Shown one piece after another: positions 51,728 to 62,135 of a stretch of 64,000 nucleotides of DNA (position 1 is its first letter; each line of letters opens with the position of its first letter). Origin of the DNA: Candidatus Bathyarchaeia archaeon (GTDB lineage: Archaea > Thermoproteota > Bathyarchaeia > 40CM-2-53-6); NCBI GenBank assembly GCA_050013255.1, contig JBEKFP010000001.1, forward strand, positions 480,001-544,000, in the 5' to 3' direction. The translations under genes and the position numbers were made by a program. The notes beneath the pieces were generated by a model. It was given only the letters and a program-made list of their open reading frames with translations, had not been told where the DNA came from and searched no databases.

Positions 51728-51761
51728 GGCTGGCAAACCCACTGGGACAATCCCACAACCC

Positions 51762-52469
51762 ATGGCTCAAAAAGCTAACCCAAGCCCATTCACCGAAGCG
51801 CTCCTTGTGATCCCAACTCTTAACGAAGAAGACGCCATCGAAGGATTACTTTCCGAAGCACGCGCATCTGGCTTTGAGAGAATAATAGTGGTCGATGGTA
51901 AGAGCACTGATCGGACTAAAGAGATTGCGGAAAAAGCAGGTGTCAAAGTTGTCGTACAAGATTTCGGGAAAGGCAAAGGGTGCGGCATCAGAACGGCTAT
52001 GAGAGATTTCCTCCAAGAAGACGCAAACGTACTCTGCATCATAGACGGGGATGGTACGAACGACCCGTCGTGGCTGCCAAAGATGATGACAATCGTCGAG
52101 AGGGGTGAAGCTGATGTGGTTCTAGGTTCAAGAACCCGGGGGCCAAGGGAAGCACACGCGATGCCTTTGATAAGCTTGGCTTCCAACGTCACCATCTCAT
52201 TTTTGCTCGGCGCCAAGTTCCGGCGCCTGTTTACGGACGTCCAAACCGGGTACTGGGTATTCACCAGAAACTCAGTTCAGCAAATCTACCCCGAAATTCA
52301 CTCAACAGGGTTCGAGATAGAATTGGAACTCTTTGTCACACTCTTCAAAGAAGGCCTGCGGGTGCGAGAGATCCCAGTTGGATTTCGGCTGCGCAAAGGA
52401 ACAACCAAATTCAGTTTCATAATGCGCCTGAGAAACTTATACTACGCATTCAAGTTCCTTGCTTCATGA
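51762..52469 (+). CDS. GT2 (Dol-P-Man synthase-like) glycosyltransferase
   Basis: VIPTLNEE, VVDGKSTDRT, GKG, IDGDGT, VLGSR, TDVQTGY. Confidence 0.9.
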   Translation: MAQKANPSPFTEALLVIPTLNEEDAIEGLLSEARASGFERIIVVDGKSTDRTKEIAEKAGVKVVVQDFGKGKGCGIRTAMRDFLQEDANVLCIIDGDGTNDPSWLPKMMTIVERGEADVVLGSRTRGPREAHAMPLISLASNVTISFLLGAKFRRLFTDVQTGYWVFTRNSVQQIYPEIHSTGFEIELELFVTLFKEGLRVREIPVGFRLRKGTTKFSFIMRLRNLYYAFKFLAS

Positions 52470-52477
52470 TATGCGGA

Positions 52478-53257
52478 TTAGACGGAGCGTTCGATGGCTA
52501 CAGCATAAAGCCCCGCTCCAGCTAAGATGAAAACGGCGGAGAATACCAAGAGTTCCGTCCAGCTGAACAAAGTTACCGGCGGAGTTCCCATCAGGTAACC
52601 TCTCAGAAGGTCGGAGACTGTGCTTAACGGGTTAGCCTCCGCGAAGACGATTAAAGCACCTTTGAAAAGTTGTTGAAGTACCGTTATCGGGTAGAAGACT
52701 GTGCTGCAGAAAATCAGCAGCAGGTAGATCAGGCTTCGAGCCGTTGTAAACCGTTCGAAACTCCTCAACATGACTGCCAAACTGATTGCCAAGCCTGAAA
52801 TCCCCATGCCGAGCAGGAACATTGCAAATATGATCAGCCCTAGTTGTGGAATCGACGGAAACGTTAGGACAAACATCGCCAACACAAGTAGTGGGATTGC
52901 ATAGATTAGCCCCCTGAGCCCTCCCGCTATCATGCGTCCGACAATGAGTTCATAACGTCTGACCGGCAAGCTGAGAAGGTACTGGTTGTATCCTCGTCTA
53001 GTCTCATTGTTTACTTCTCTACCAATCACAAAGGCCGCTGCAAAGAGGCCCACGGCAACAATTCCAGGCGCTACGAACTTGAAATAATTGAATGAGACCA
53101 TCTGCGTGTAAACAACCGCCATGATGAGCAAATCTGCAAGATTCATGCTGATGAGCCCAGCCATGAAAAACCTGTACTTGAAGAACGTTCGAAAGTCATG
53201 CTCCATTATCGCCTTCAGGCCGGTTAGCACAGAATCATCTCCAGGTTCCACCTTCAA
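52478..53257 (-). CDS. ABC-2 permease
   Basis: YFKFVAPGI, ETRRGY, STVFYP, NPLS..SDLLR. Confidence 0.88.
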   Translation of the reverse strand: MKVEPGDDSVLTGLKAIMEHDFRTFFKYRFFMAGLISMNLADLLIMAVVYTQMVSFNYFKFVAPGIVAVGLFAAAFVIGREVNNETRRGYNQYLLSLPVRRYELIVGRMIAGGLRGLIYAIPLLVLAMFVLTFPSIPQLGLIIFAMFLLGMGISGLAISLAVMLRSFERFTTARSLIYLLLIFCSTVFYPITVLQQLFKGALIVFAEANPLSTVSDLLRGYLMGTPPVTLFSWTELLVFSAVFILAGAGLYAVAIERSV

Positions 53258-53993
53258 GATTTCGCTCGTAAATCATCACGCCGGCGAAGTTGAAAGTCAT
53301 GAGGAAAATCAGTAGAACAACCAATGCCACTACCGGATTGGCTAGGAATCTAATGTCGAAGTTCAGTGACCAGCGGAAGAGGTCCGAGGCATAGGTGAGA
53401 GGGTTGAACGTTGACAATGTTGCTATGGGTCCTGGCATGAAGGCCTGTGGGTAGAAGGCCGTACTGAGTCGTACGATGAATGCGTCGAGTGCCCCCATTA
53501 TGATGTCGAACCTGTCTCCGGACTTCAACCCAACAGCCAATGTGATGCTCAAACCAGAAACCCCGAAGGCAAACCCGTACAGGGCCGCCAGTGCGGTCAA
53601 GACTTTGAGCGGATCTAAGGCGCCGATAAAATACAGGAAGCCTGCAATAATCGGCGACATGAAGATCAGACTCCTAAGACCGCCGGCAAGAGAACGCCCG
53701 AGTACTAGCTCACGGCGCGTTATTGGTAGGCTCAGGAGGTATTCCACGAAACCGTCGTCGGCTTCGTCGTAGATTTCGTAACCTGTAAAGATGGCTACAG
53801 AATACATTGTCATCACGATGACGCCCATCGCGTAATAATTGTAATAGTTCGGCATTACGACAATTAGCCGCGACACCGCAAGGCCAAAAATCCCTATTTG
53901 AACGATGACGAAAAACCATCGCATCACCAAAATGCTCTTGTGTCGAATCAGCGAGCGCAGGTCGCGCTCAACCACGAGGAGTATCTTACTCAC
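53235..53993 (-). CDS. ABC-2 permease
   Basis: GFVEYLLSLPITR, LSTAFYP, NPLTYASDLFR. Confidence 0.88.
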   Translation of the reverse strand: MSKILLVVERDLRSLIRHKSILVMRWFFVIVQIGIFGLAVSRLIVVMPNYYNYYAMGVIVMTMYSVAIFTGYEIYDEADDGFVEYLLSLPITRRELVLGRSLAGGLRSLIFMSPIIAGFLYFIGALDPLKVLTALAALYGFAFGVSGLSITLAVGLKSGDRFDIIMGALDAFIVRLSTAFYPQAFMPGPIATLSTFNPLTYASDLFRWSLNFDIRFLANPVVALVVLLIFLMTFNFAGVMIYERNLEGGTWR

Positions 53994-54955
53994 GATGAAG
54001 ACACACCAGGAGTTGCTTGGGATTCGTCTAAGATGGCTCCGGTGTAATGAAAGAAAACATCGTCCAGGGATGGCTCCTTCATGTTGATCGAGCTGATTGC
54101 GACGCCAAGAGTTGATAGAAGCTGCATTATCTGGGGCAGCATTTTTTCGACTCGGTTGAGGTAAATTCGCATGTGGGTGGGTTTTGTGAACGCGATGTCT
54201 ACGACCCCGGCTATGCTCTTCAGCTGAGATACTGCACTATTTTCAACAGGCGCTTCAAGCCTGATGTCGATAACATCACCACCGGGTATGCTGTCCTTGA
54301 GGTTTCGAGGCGTGTCGCAGATTCTGAGTCGGCCATGGTACATTATCGCTACTCGGTCGGAAAGACGGTCTGCTTCGCCCAACTCGTTCGTGGCGAGAAT
54401 AATCGTTGAACCTTCATCTCGCAGGGAACGAATCTTCTCCCATATCTGGTACTTCCCTGCGATGTCGATTTGAGCTGTAGGTTCATCCACTATGGCGACC
54501 TTGGGTCTCTGAATGAGAACTTTGGCGACTTCGACTCGTTTCTTCATTCCGCCTGAGAGTTCATGGGTGAGTTTCTTTCTGGCGTCCCAGAGGTTAAGTT
54601 CCTTGAGAATTGCCTCCGCCGCCTGCTTCGGGTTCTTTACGCCGCAAACCTTTGCGTGCCAGTTCAAGATTTCCCAAGGCGTATTCATCCAGAGGAGTTT
54701 CGCTTCCTGAAAGGCAATTCCGATTAGTTCTCGTACTTCGTATGGGTTCTTGCGGATATCGTACCCGCCCACTTCCGCCGTGCCTTCGGTCGGTTTGATT
54801 ATCGTTGATAACATCATTAGCACTGAACTCTTGCCTGCGCCGTTCGGGCCGAGCAATCCGAGGATCTCGCCTTCCTGGACCTCCAAGTTCAGATGGTCCA
54901 CTGCGAGCGTCGACCCGTACTTCTTGGTAAGTCCCACTATGCGTACAAGAGCCAA
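53990..54955 (-). CDS. ABC-2 exporter ATP-binding subunit
   Basis: GPNGAGKS, LSGGMKKR, IVDEPT, EPSLDDVF. Confidence 0.92.
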   Translation of the reverse strand: MALVRIVGLTKKYGSTLAVDHLNLEVQEGEILGLLGPNGAGKSSVLMMLSTIIKPTEGTAEVGGYDIRKNPYEVRELIGIAFQEAKLLWMNTPWEILNWHAKVCGVKNPKQAAEAILKELNLWDARKKLTHELSGGMKKRVEVAKVLIQRPKVAIVDEPTAQIDIAGKYQIWEKIRSLRDEGSTIILATNELGEADRLSDRVAIMYHGRLRICDTPRNLKDSIPGGDVIDIRLEAPVENSAVSQLKSIAGVVDIAFTKPTHMRIYLNRVEKMLPQIMQLLSTLGVAISSINMKEPSLDDVFFHYTGAILDESQATPGVSSS

Positions 54956-55124
54956 AGGCGAAACACTTTGAATGTCGTTCGAAAGGCCTCAAAATCGAAC
55001 AGTGGAATTTACGTATAGCGACGGTTTTCATTAAACAAAATTAGGGACATACACCATGTCTAAGGCACAACCCGAACTTTCCGGGTTGGACCCAGCAATC
55101 GTGGATTGACGTATTGCGTAAGTT

Positions 55125-55709
55125 CTAGCCTTTCGAAACGTAAGAATTGCCTGCAACATAGAATCTCCATAACCGATCCCTACCTTGACTTATTCCGACG
55201 CGCGCAGACTTGGCTACGTCAAAAGTTGCCTCATCGGAGTCGGTAACGAAGAGTTCCCCCCGTTTTGTCATGTCGACCTCATTTAGTGACTTGTCGATTC
55301 CTAGTGCTTTCGTCAATTTGCCTGGCCCATTGGTCAAGTTTGAGTCCAGAACCTTCGGTCGCAGGCGTCTCATCTCACGTAATCCCTCGAGTGGTTGCAT
55401 TGCTCGGATCAAAACAGCGCCGGGCGTTCCCACTTCTTGCGTTGTAATGTTGAGGCAGTAGTGATTCCCGTAAGTGAAGTAAATGTACGCATGACCCGGT
55501 CCGCCGAACATTGGGGCGTTTCTAGGCGTTGGACCGCGAAACGCATGACTTGCGGGGTCTTCTAAGCCGCGATAGGCTTCAACTTCTACGATTCTTCCTT
55601 CCATTCTATTCTTGCCTTTTACTCGAACCAAACGTTTGCCAAGAAGATCCTTTGCAACCTTGACCGTATCGCGTGCGTAGAAGTCGCGGAGAAGTATGTG
55701 AGGTTTCAT
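55125..55709 (-). CDS. mpg: DNA-3-methyladenine glycosylase (Mpg/AAG)
   Basis: RIVEVEAY.G..DPASH, YIYFTYGNHYCLN, AVLIRA, NGPGKL, RVGIS. Confidence 0.93.
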   Translation of the reverse strand: MKPHILLRDFYARDTVKVAKDLLGKRLVRVKGKNRMEGRIVEVEAYRGLEDPASHAFRGPTPRNAPMFGGPGHAYIYFTYGNHYCLNITTQEVGTPGAVLIRAMQPLEGLREMRRLRPKVLDSNLTNGPGKLTKALGIDKSLNEVDMTKRGELFVTDSDEATFDVAKSARVGISQGRDRLWRFYVAGNSYVSKG

Positions 55710-55857
55710 GCCCATCCCCTGGGCACAAGGTTTAGACTCATCATTCAAAGCCTCGATTACGCTCTCTGAGCCCTTATTCAAAGGAAGACTTAATTGTGAA
55801 CTTTCGATAGCGCTTGTCGCCTGGCTAGAATGAAATTAGTCTTTGGTTTGCGGGATT

Positions 55858-56409
55858 ATGGACAAGAATAAGATGCAGGCGCTGACGAGAACGCTTCTTG
55901 AAGAGATTGGTGAGAACCCCAAGCGTGAAGGCCTTCAGGACACCCCGAGGCGTGTCACGGAAATGTACGCTGAGCTGACTGAAGGATATTCCATGAACCC
56001 CAAGCAGATTCTTTCCAGGGAATGGAGTGAGGTCAGTGGGATGGTAGTGGCGAAGGATATTGGATTTTTTAGCCTCTGCGAGCATCACATTTTGCCCTTC
56101 TATGGGAAAGTGCACATTGGATACATTCCTTCAAGGGCAGTAGTTGGCCTGTCAAAGCTGGTTAGGTTAGTTGACTGCTTCAGCAAGCGCCTTCAGCTCC
56201 AAGAACGAATGACAAAACAGATCGCTGATGCCATGAACGAGAATTTGCACCCGCATGGGGTTGTAGTCGTAGTGCAAGCTAGGCATCTGTGTATGGAGAT
56301 GAGGGGCGTTAAGAGCGGCGCTGACATAGTTACCTCGGAAATCCGAGGCCAATTCGAGAAGTTTGAATCACGAAGCGAATTCTTCCAAATGTTACGGAGG
56401 GAGGTCTAG
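55858..56409 (+). CDS. folE: GTP cyclohydrolase I (type IA)
   Basis: REGLQDTPRRV, SLCEHHILPF, GLSKL.R, RLQLQERMT, HLCMEMRG. Confidence 0.95.
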   Translation: MDKNKMQALTRTLLEEIGENPKREGLQDTPRRVTEMYAELTEGYSMNPKQILSREWSEVSGMVVAKDIGFFSLCEHHILPFYGKVHIGYIPSRAVVGLSKLVRLVDCFSKRLQLQERMTKQIADAMNENLHPHGVVVVVQARHLCMEMRGVKSGADIVTSEIRGQFEKFESRSEFFQMLRREV

Positions 56410-56411
56410 GC

Positions 56412-56747
56412 ATGTCCTCTATGGAGCCGGATATTGCACGCCTTTACCGGCGTGAGTTCGCATCAGCCCACATTATTGCTGGCCACCCACGCTGCGGTCG
56501 GTTGCATGGTCACAACTACCAACTGCTCGCAAAGGTCTATGGGAAGAGTGAGGAATGGTTAGATTTCGAGGATATCAAGAAAAAAGTGGACCAATTCATC
56601 GACGAGAAGTATGACCACCATGACATAGGGAACATGTCTTGTGAGAGGCTGGCAAGGCAGTTACAAGAACAGCTCAGGATCTTCTTCAAGACCACCGTCA
56701 AAATTGAGCTGTGGGAGACTGGAAAGTTCGGCGTCGAGACCGTGTGA
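56412..56747 (+). CDS. queD: 6-carboxytetrahydropterin synthase
   Basis: FASAH, CGRLHGHNY, DF, DH, SCE.LA, LWET. Confidence 0.88.
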   Translation: MSSMEPDIARLYRREFASAHIIAGHPRCGRLHGHNYQLLAKVYGKSEEWLDFEDIKKKVDQFIDEKYDHHDIGNMSCERLARQLQEQLRIFFKTTVKIELWETGKFGVETV

Positions 56748-56785
56748 AAAACGACTACAAACTCGGCAATTTATCGGACCCAAGC

Positions 56786-57196
56786 CTAGTACTTTTCGAC
56801 TTCTCCGCGTATGTGCCCTGCCTTCAGTAGGGCGAAGTGGTGCACGTCTGTAGGGACCCGAAGCTTCCCTGTGTTGTGGATGTGCTCAATCTTCTGGAAG
56901 GCTTCGCGGTCAACGTCCTTGTCGAAGGTTAGTACGCCGCTGTTCTCGAGGTGGAAGTTGCCAAGCTCCTTGTGCAAGCCTAGGATGTCGGATTTGGAGA
57001 GGAGGACGGTGCCGGCGATGATTAGCTTCTTCGTATCAAAGACGTCGTGGCTTTCAGATGGAGATTCCCGCATATACTGCTGTAGGGCCTCGTTTACGAG
57101 TTCGGCCACGTTCTTTCCTTGTTGTTTAGCTTTGGCTATCACGCCATTGTAGATATCCCGATCCAACCCGCGAATCAGGACCGCATTGTTTGTCAT
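56786..57196 (-). CDS. Hypothetical protein with an N-terminal ribbon-helix-helix-like region
   Basis: VLIRGLDRDIY......AK..GK.VAELVNEALQQY. Confidence 0.65.
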   Translation of the reverse strand: MTNNAVLIRGLDRDIYNGVIAKAKQQGKNVAELVNEALQQYMRESPSESHDVFDTKKLIIAGTVLLSKSDILGLHKELGNFHLENSGVLTFDKDVDREAFQKIEHIHNTGKLRVPTDVHHFALLKAGHIRGEVEKY

Positions 57197-57371
57197 GATA
57201 GCCAGCTCACAAAGTTACTGTGCTTACTTTGATATCCTGCTAACATTGATTACATAGGTTTCTTATAAATCTTGTTAATTCTTTTAACACTCCTTAACTA
57301 GTATACATGCTTGCCTCGTTTGCAACCGCAAACAAGGCAAACAAGGGCCAGAATGAAAGGAGGAAAAGAAA

Positions 57372-57542
57372 TTGGTTGAAGACCTCGAAAAGTTACTGTT
57401 CGAAGAAATCCCTGAGATGGAGACCCCGAGAATCAAACGGTGCGAGTGGTGCCGCGAACCGCTCCCCAACGATCGCTATCACCTGAAGATCTGCCCCCAG
57501 TGCAGAAAGGAATCCATCGACACCTTCATGAAAGCACACTAG
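57372..57542 (+). CDS. Small zinc-finger protein (56 aa), not in the ORF track
   Basis: AAGGAGG upstream, TTG start, CEWC...CPQC, GC hairpin after the stop. Confidence 0.6.
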   Translation: MVEDLEKLLFEEIPEMETPRIKRCEWCREPLPNDRYHLKICPQCRKESIDTFMKAH

Positions 57543-57766
57543 GCCGGCGAACCCGAAGGGGTTTTGCGGGCCTCCCTTAAGCCTTATTCCACCGCAAATT
57601 CAACCTCTCTTGACCCCAAAAAATGCACCACCCCCCTGGGGGTCCCTCCAAGCGTGCGCGCACTCTTCTCTTCCCACTATCCCAGAAAACAGCACCATAT
57701 ATTGATACGCACACCCAAGCCTGCGTCCGTGCGCAAAGGAAACTAAGCCTGAAGGGTAACCGTTTG

Positions 57767-58417
57767 GTGAGAGCGCTAATCCTTCTTTCCGGAGGGATAG
57801 ATTCCGCAATCGCACTCTACTTGACCAAGCAAGAGACCGACGACGTTTATTCCATGAACATGATCTACACGCAAACTTACGATAGCGAAGCGGAAGCGTC
57901 TAAGAAACTAGCAGCAGCCGCCCAGGTGAAAGAACATCTCAGCGTTTACCTTCCATTCTTCAAGGACATTGAAACGCGCTACAGGCCTACTCCTTCCTCT
58001 GAAGTCTCGTCCGCTTACGTTCCCGCGCGAAACATCGTCTTTTACGGCGTTGCCGCTGCTTACGCCGAAGCCATCGGCGCCCACGAGATAGTGTTTGGGT
58101 CAAATGCTGATGACGCCATGGAGCTACCTGACGCCAGGCCCGAATTCATTCAACTCATGAATGAGTTAATCCGAACCGGGACAAGGTCCGGCCGGGAGGG
58201 TACTGAAATGAAAATCGTCAACCCGTTAATCCACTACACCAAGGTTGAGGTGCTCAGGCTCGCGCTGAAGCTCAAGGTTCCGCTCGAACTGACCTGGAGT
58301 TGCTATGAGGACTTGCCCGTTCCATGCGGAAAATGCCGCGGTTGCCGCACAAGGGAAAAGGCGTTCGGAGAGGTCGGCATACTCGACCCATTGAACGCAT
58401 CGTCCCAGCCGAAGTAA
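57767..58417 (+). CDS. queC: 7-cyano-7-deazaguanine synthase
   Basis: LLSGGIDS, YVPARN, PDARPEF, TWSCY...PCGKCRGC. Confidence 0.93.
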   Translation: MRALILLSGGIDSAIALYLTKQETDDVYSMNMIYTQTYDSEAEASKKLAAAAQVKEHLSVYLPFFKDIETRYRPTPSSEVSSAYVPARNIVFYGVAAAYAEAIGAHEIVFGSNADDAMELPDARPEFIQLMNELIRTGTRSGREGTEMKIVNPLIHYTKVEVLRLALKLKVPLELTWSCYEDLPVPCGKCRGCRTREKAFGEVGILDPLNASSQPK

Positions 58418-58670
58418 CCTGCGGCGAATATTTTCGCTTACCAGACACGAGCCGCGTGACTCGTAATCAATAAAAGCCTTTTCGACGGCCAACCAAGTTC
58501 GAGGATGGTGTGCTCCTCGTTTTCCAGTCGAAGTTCCCAAAGGCAGTTGAGTACGGTAATGCATTTCTGCCGTCGGCCGGTACAATATTTTATACAATTC
58601 TGTCGAAAACTATTAAAGCGCATCCAGGGGAATAGCAAGAGCTTTCAATTTCTAAGAGGCAAAGGCAAGT

Positions 58671-61253
58671 TTGACATCCCACGCTGAAGCTTCGACAAAT
58701 GAAGTTCCTCCGAAATCAAGAATCATCCAGATCAGAAAGCGCGATGGGCGCATTGTTCCCTTCAACAAAGAGAAAATCACAAACGCAATTTACAAAGCCA
58801 TACTCGAATCAGGCAGTCGAGACCGCGCACTCGCCGACTCCCTATCATCTCGTGTGGTTGAGATTCTAGATGAAAAGTATGGCGGCGAAGCGATTCCGGC
58901 GGTTGAGGATGTTCAGGATGTTGTAGAAAGGGCCCTAGTTGAAAATGGGCAAGCGAAAGTTGCTAAGGCGTACATAATTTACAGGCAGAAAAGGGCTGAG
59001 ATCAGGCGGGAGAAGCAACGAATTCTAGAGAAAGAAAGTATCGATGAAGTAGACAAGGTGTTCGACCTAAACGCCCTTAGAGTTCTCAAGGCCAGGTACC
59101 TGAAAAAGGACGAAGCGGGTAAGCTCGTAGAAACACCGAAGCAACTCTTCACGCGGATTGCAGTCCACGCAACGCTACCGGACTTGTTCTACGACCTTGA
59201 AGTGTACGACATAACCAACAAACAGAAGGCCCATCCGCAGGAAGACTTTGACCCACTTCAATTCCACGAGAAGGTGAGTATCGGAAAATACGCACTCAAC
59301 CGATACCATCTCGAAGCGTTGAAGCGAATGTATGACCGCTTTGACCGCGAAGGCGTTGCGAAGGTCTCTTGGTCACGTTTCTTCGAAATGCTCAAGTCAG
59401 GGCTCTTCAACAAGTACGAGAAATCCATTAGCGCGTTTTATGGGCTGATGGTTTCCAGAAAGTTCATGCCCAACACACCCGCAATAGCCAATTTCGGAAA
59501 CGTTCTCGGAATGGGCTCCGCTTGCTTCGTTTTAGGTGTGGATGATTCCATCGAGAGTATTATGGAGACGTTGAAGCAGACCGCAGTAGTCTTCAAGGCC
59601 GGCGGAGGCATGGGTTACAACTTTTCAAAACTGAGGCCCGAAGGAGATTACGTAAGCTCAACCTCGGGCGTGGCGTCGGGCCCGATCAGTTTCATGATGC
59701 TGTTCGATACTATGACCGACGTGATAAAGCAAGGCGGAATCCGCCGCGGCGCCAACATGGGAATACTCAACAGCAATCATCCAGACGTCGAGAAATTCAT
59801 AACGGCAAAGAAAGGGAACAAGGCACTGAGAAACTTCAACATCTCAGTTCTTTTGATGCCCGACTTTTGGGAGTGCTACAACAAGAATAAGCCGTACCCG
59901 CTCATCAACCCTAGAACCGGGCAGGTTGTGCGTGAAGTCAACCCTCGCCTATTGTTCGATATGATAGTCTACCAGGCGTGGGAGAGCGCCGAACCAGGCG
60001 TAATTTTCTTCGACCACGTCAACGAGTACAATCCCTTCTTCAAACACCTCGGCCCAATAGTCACAACAAACCCGTGCGGCGAAGTATTGCTCTACCCAAA
60101 CGAGTCCTGTAATCTGGGCAGCATCAATGTATGGGCCTTCGCAAAACGTGACGATAATGGAAAAATTAACTTCGATTGGGACGGGTTGAAGGAAGCGGTC
60201 AACCTAGGTTCCAGATTCCTCGACAACGTAATCGACGTAAACAATTTCCCGCTCAAAGCAATTGAGGAAATGACACTTGCAACACGAAAGATAGGGCTAG
60301 GAGTTATGGGGCTGGCTGACTTACTCTTCGAACTTCGTGCAGCCTACAATAGTGACGAAGGCCGCAAGTTTATGGAAGAGCTAATGGAGTTCATCAACTA
60401 CCACTCAAAGCTAGCATCAATAGACCTAGCAAAAGAACGAGGCCCCGTGCCATACTACAACAAGAGCTTCTACCCTGAAGGAAAACTGCCCATCGCGGGG
60501 TTCGCGAACCGAAAATTATGGCATTTCGATTGGGACAAAGTAGCTGAGATGGTCAGGCAACACGGCGTCAGGAACGGGTACACAACTGTAATCGCACCCA
60601 CCGGTAGCATCTCCATGATCGCCGGATGCAGCAGCGGAATTGAACCCGTCTACTCACTCGTTTACGAGAAACATGTGAAGGTTGGAAGCTTCTACTACAT
60701 CGACTCGGTGTTCGAACGCGTCATGACTGAAGAAGGCCTGTTCGGCGATGACCTACTTAGAGATGTGAACGACCACGGCGGCTCAATTCAGAGAATAAGT
60801 TACATCCCCGAAGACCTGAAACGCGCCTACATAACCGCCATGGACATTCGCCCAGAGGACCACATCCGAGCTTTGGCGGCATTTCAAAGATGGACGGACT
60901 CCTCGATTTCAAAAACAAACAATTTCCCCGCCAATGCGACGGTCGAAGACATGCGTGAATCATACCTGCTCGCCTACAAGCTCGGCTGCAAAGATGTTAC
61001 CGTCTTCAGGGATACATCGATTAAAGGCCAAGTATTGGTTGTGCCCCGCAAGAAGACTGAAGGAACCAAAGAGGAAGAGAACAAAGACGAAGAACAAGCG
61101 CTACGCGCACCCAAACTCTTGGCCGCGCCTTTGGTCGGCGCCTCCCAAGGCATAAGCGAACAGATCAAACTTTGCCCCCAATGCCAAAGCCAAGTCGTGT
61201 ACCAAGAAGGCTGCTACATATGCCCCGAATGCGGCTGGGGCGCCTGCTCCTAA
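58671..61253 (+). CDS. nrdJ: Class II (AdoCbl-dependent) ribonucleotide reductase with ATP cone
   Basis: IRKRDG ATP cone, PNTP, SACF, QGGIRRGANM, TNPCGE, CNLGSIN, IAPTGSIS, C-terminal Zn-ribbon Cys. Confidence 0.95.
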   Translation: MTSHAEASTNEVPPKSRIIQIRKRDGRIVPFNKEKITNAIYKAILESGSRDRALADSLSSRVVEILDEKYGGEAIPAVEDVQDVVERALVENGQAKVAKAYIIYRQKRAEIRREKQRILEKESIDEVDKVFDLNALRVLKARYLKKDEAGKLVETPKQLFTRIAVHATLPDLFYDLEVYDITNKQKAHPQEDFDPLQFHEKVSIGKYALNRYHLEALKRMYDRFDREGVAKVSWSRFFEMLKSGLFNKYEKSISAFYGLMVSRKFMPNTPAIANFGNVLGMGSACFVLGVDDSIESIMETLKQTAVVFKAGGGMGYNFSKLRPEGDYVSSTSGVASGPISFMMLFDTMTDVIKQGGIRRGANMGILNSNHPDVEKFITAKKGNKALRNFNISVLLMPDFWECYNKNKPYPLINPRTGQVVREVNPRLLFDMIVYQAWESAEPGVIFFDHVNEYNPFFKHLGPIVTTNPCGEVLLYPNESCNLGSINVWAFAKRDDNGKINFDWDGLKEAVNLGSRFLDNVIDVNNFPLKAIEEMTLATRKIGLGVMGLADLLFELRAAYNSDEGRKFMEELMEFINYHSKLASIDLAKERGPVPYYNKSFYPEGKLPIAGFANRKLWHFDWDKVAEMVRQHGVRNGYTTVIAPTGSISMIAGCSSGIEPVYSLVYEKHVKVGSFYYIDSVFERVMTEEGLFGDDLLRDVNDHGGSIQRISYIPEDLKRAYITAMDIRPEDHIRALAAFQRWTDSSISKTNNFPANATVEDMRESYLLAYKLGCKDVTVFRDTSIKGQVLVVPRKKTEGTKEEENKDEEQALRAPKLLAAPLVGASQGISEQIKLCPQCQSQVVYQEGCYICPECGWGACS

Positions 61254-61408
61254 ACCACACATAGACAATACTAGGTCACCTCGCTCGCCAACTCATTCAG
61301 AGCACTCAAGCCCATCCAACGTCACCTAGTGGACCCTTTTCTCGAAGGGTTCCAAACGCAGATAGCCCAACTTTATTTCCCCAGGCACCAAGTGAAAAGC
61401 TGATTCCC

Positions 61409-62101
61409 TTGGACAAACGCCTAATCACACTCGTCAACAAGATTCGGAATAGAAATCTTCGAAAGAAGGTTTATGCCCTTCTTGACAATCCGACCATAAA
61501 GATAGGGGGCAAAACTTTCTCTGGATTGCCCATTGAGAAAGCCCCAGCAAGCATTCGGCATCATCACAATTATCCCGGGGGCTTCATCGAACATACGTTG
61601 GCGCTTTACGAACTCTGCATGAGCTTGTCACGAGTGACACAGGTAGTCTACGGCTGCAAAGTAAACAATGACCTAGTGATTTGTGGAGTTTTGCTTCACG
61701 ACATTTTCAAACCCGCTACTTATTCACGAACTGAGGACGGAAGGTATCGACCCTCTGCCTTAGCCGAACGAGTCGACCATTTAACCCTGGCTAGCGCGGA
61801 GCTAATTCGTCGAGGATTTCCTATTGACGCCGTGCACGTTGTGGCCGCGAGTCACGGCCGGCAGTACGGGCCCATAGGGCCAATGACTATTGAGGCCTTG
61901 ATATGCCACCTCGGAGATTCTGCTGAAGCTGACCTTAATGGAGAAGTTTTGAGCGCGGCACGATTCATGATCCGAGAGGTTACCGGGGTGGAACCTAGCG
62001 CACTGAATGGAAAGGATGCTTTCGCCATTGTAAAAGCAAAGACTGACAAGGGCTGGGACGGCGTCAGAGACTACCTGTCACAAAGCGGATACAACAGTTA
62101 G
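61409..62101 (+). CDS. HD-domain phosphodiesterase, MptB-like
   Basis: PAS..HH.Y.GG.IEHT, LLHDI.KP, DHLTL..AEL..R.FP, H, IEA.I.H..D. Confidence 0.75.
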   Translation: MDKRLITLVNKIRNRNLRKKVYALLDNPTIKIGGKTFSGLPIEKAPASIRHHHNYPGGFIEHTLALYELCMSLSRVTQVVYGCKVNNDLVICGVLLHDIFKPATYSRTEDGRYRPSALAERVDHLTLASAELIRRGFPIDAVHVVAASHGRQYGPIGPMTIEALICHLGDSAEADLNGEVLSAARFMIREVTGVEPSALNGKDAFAIVKAKTDKGWDGVRDYLSQSGYNS

Positions 62102-62135
62102 TGATTCACGGAGAAAGCTACGGGGCGTCCTTTCA

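Noticed and set aside
57623-57766. N-terminal extension of queC
   Set aside because: QueC homology begins at GTG 57767 (VRALILLSGG), so the upstream frame is probably incidental.
58575-58605. Possible NrdR-box-like AT-rich motif upstream of nrdJ
   Set aside because: It is a poor palindrome and does not fit the consensus well.
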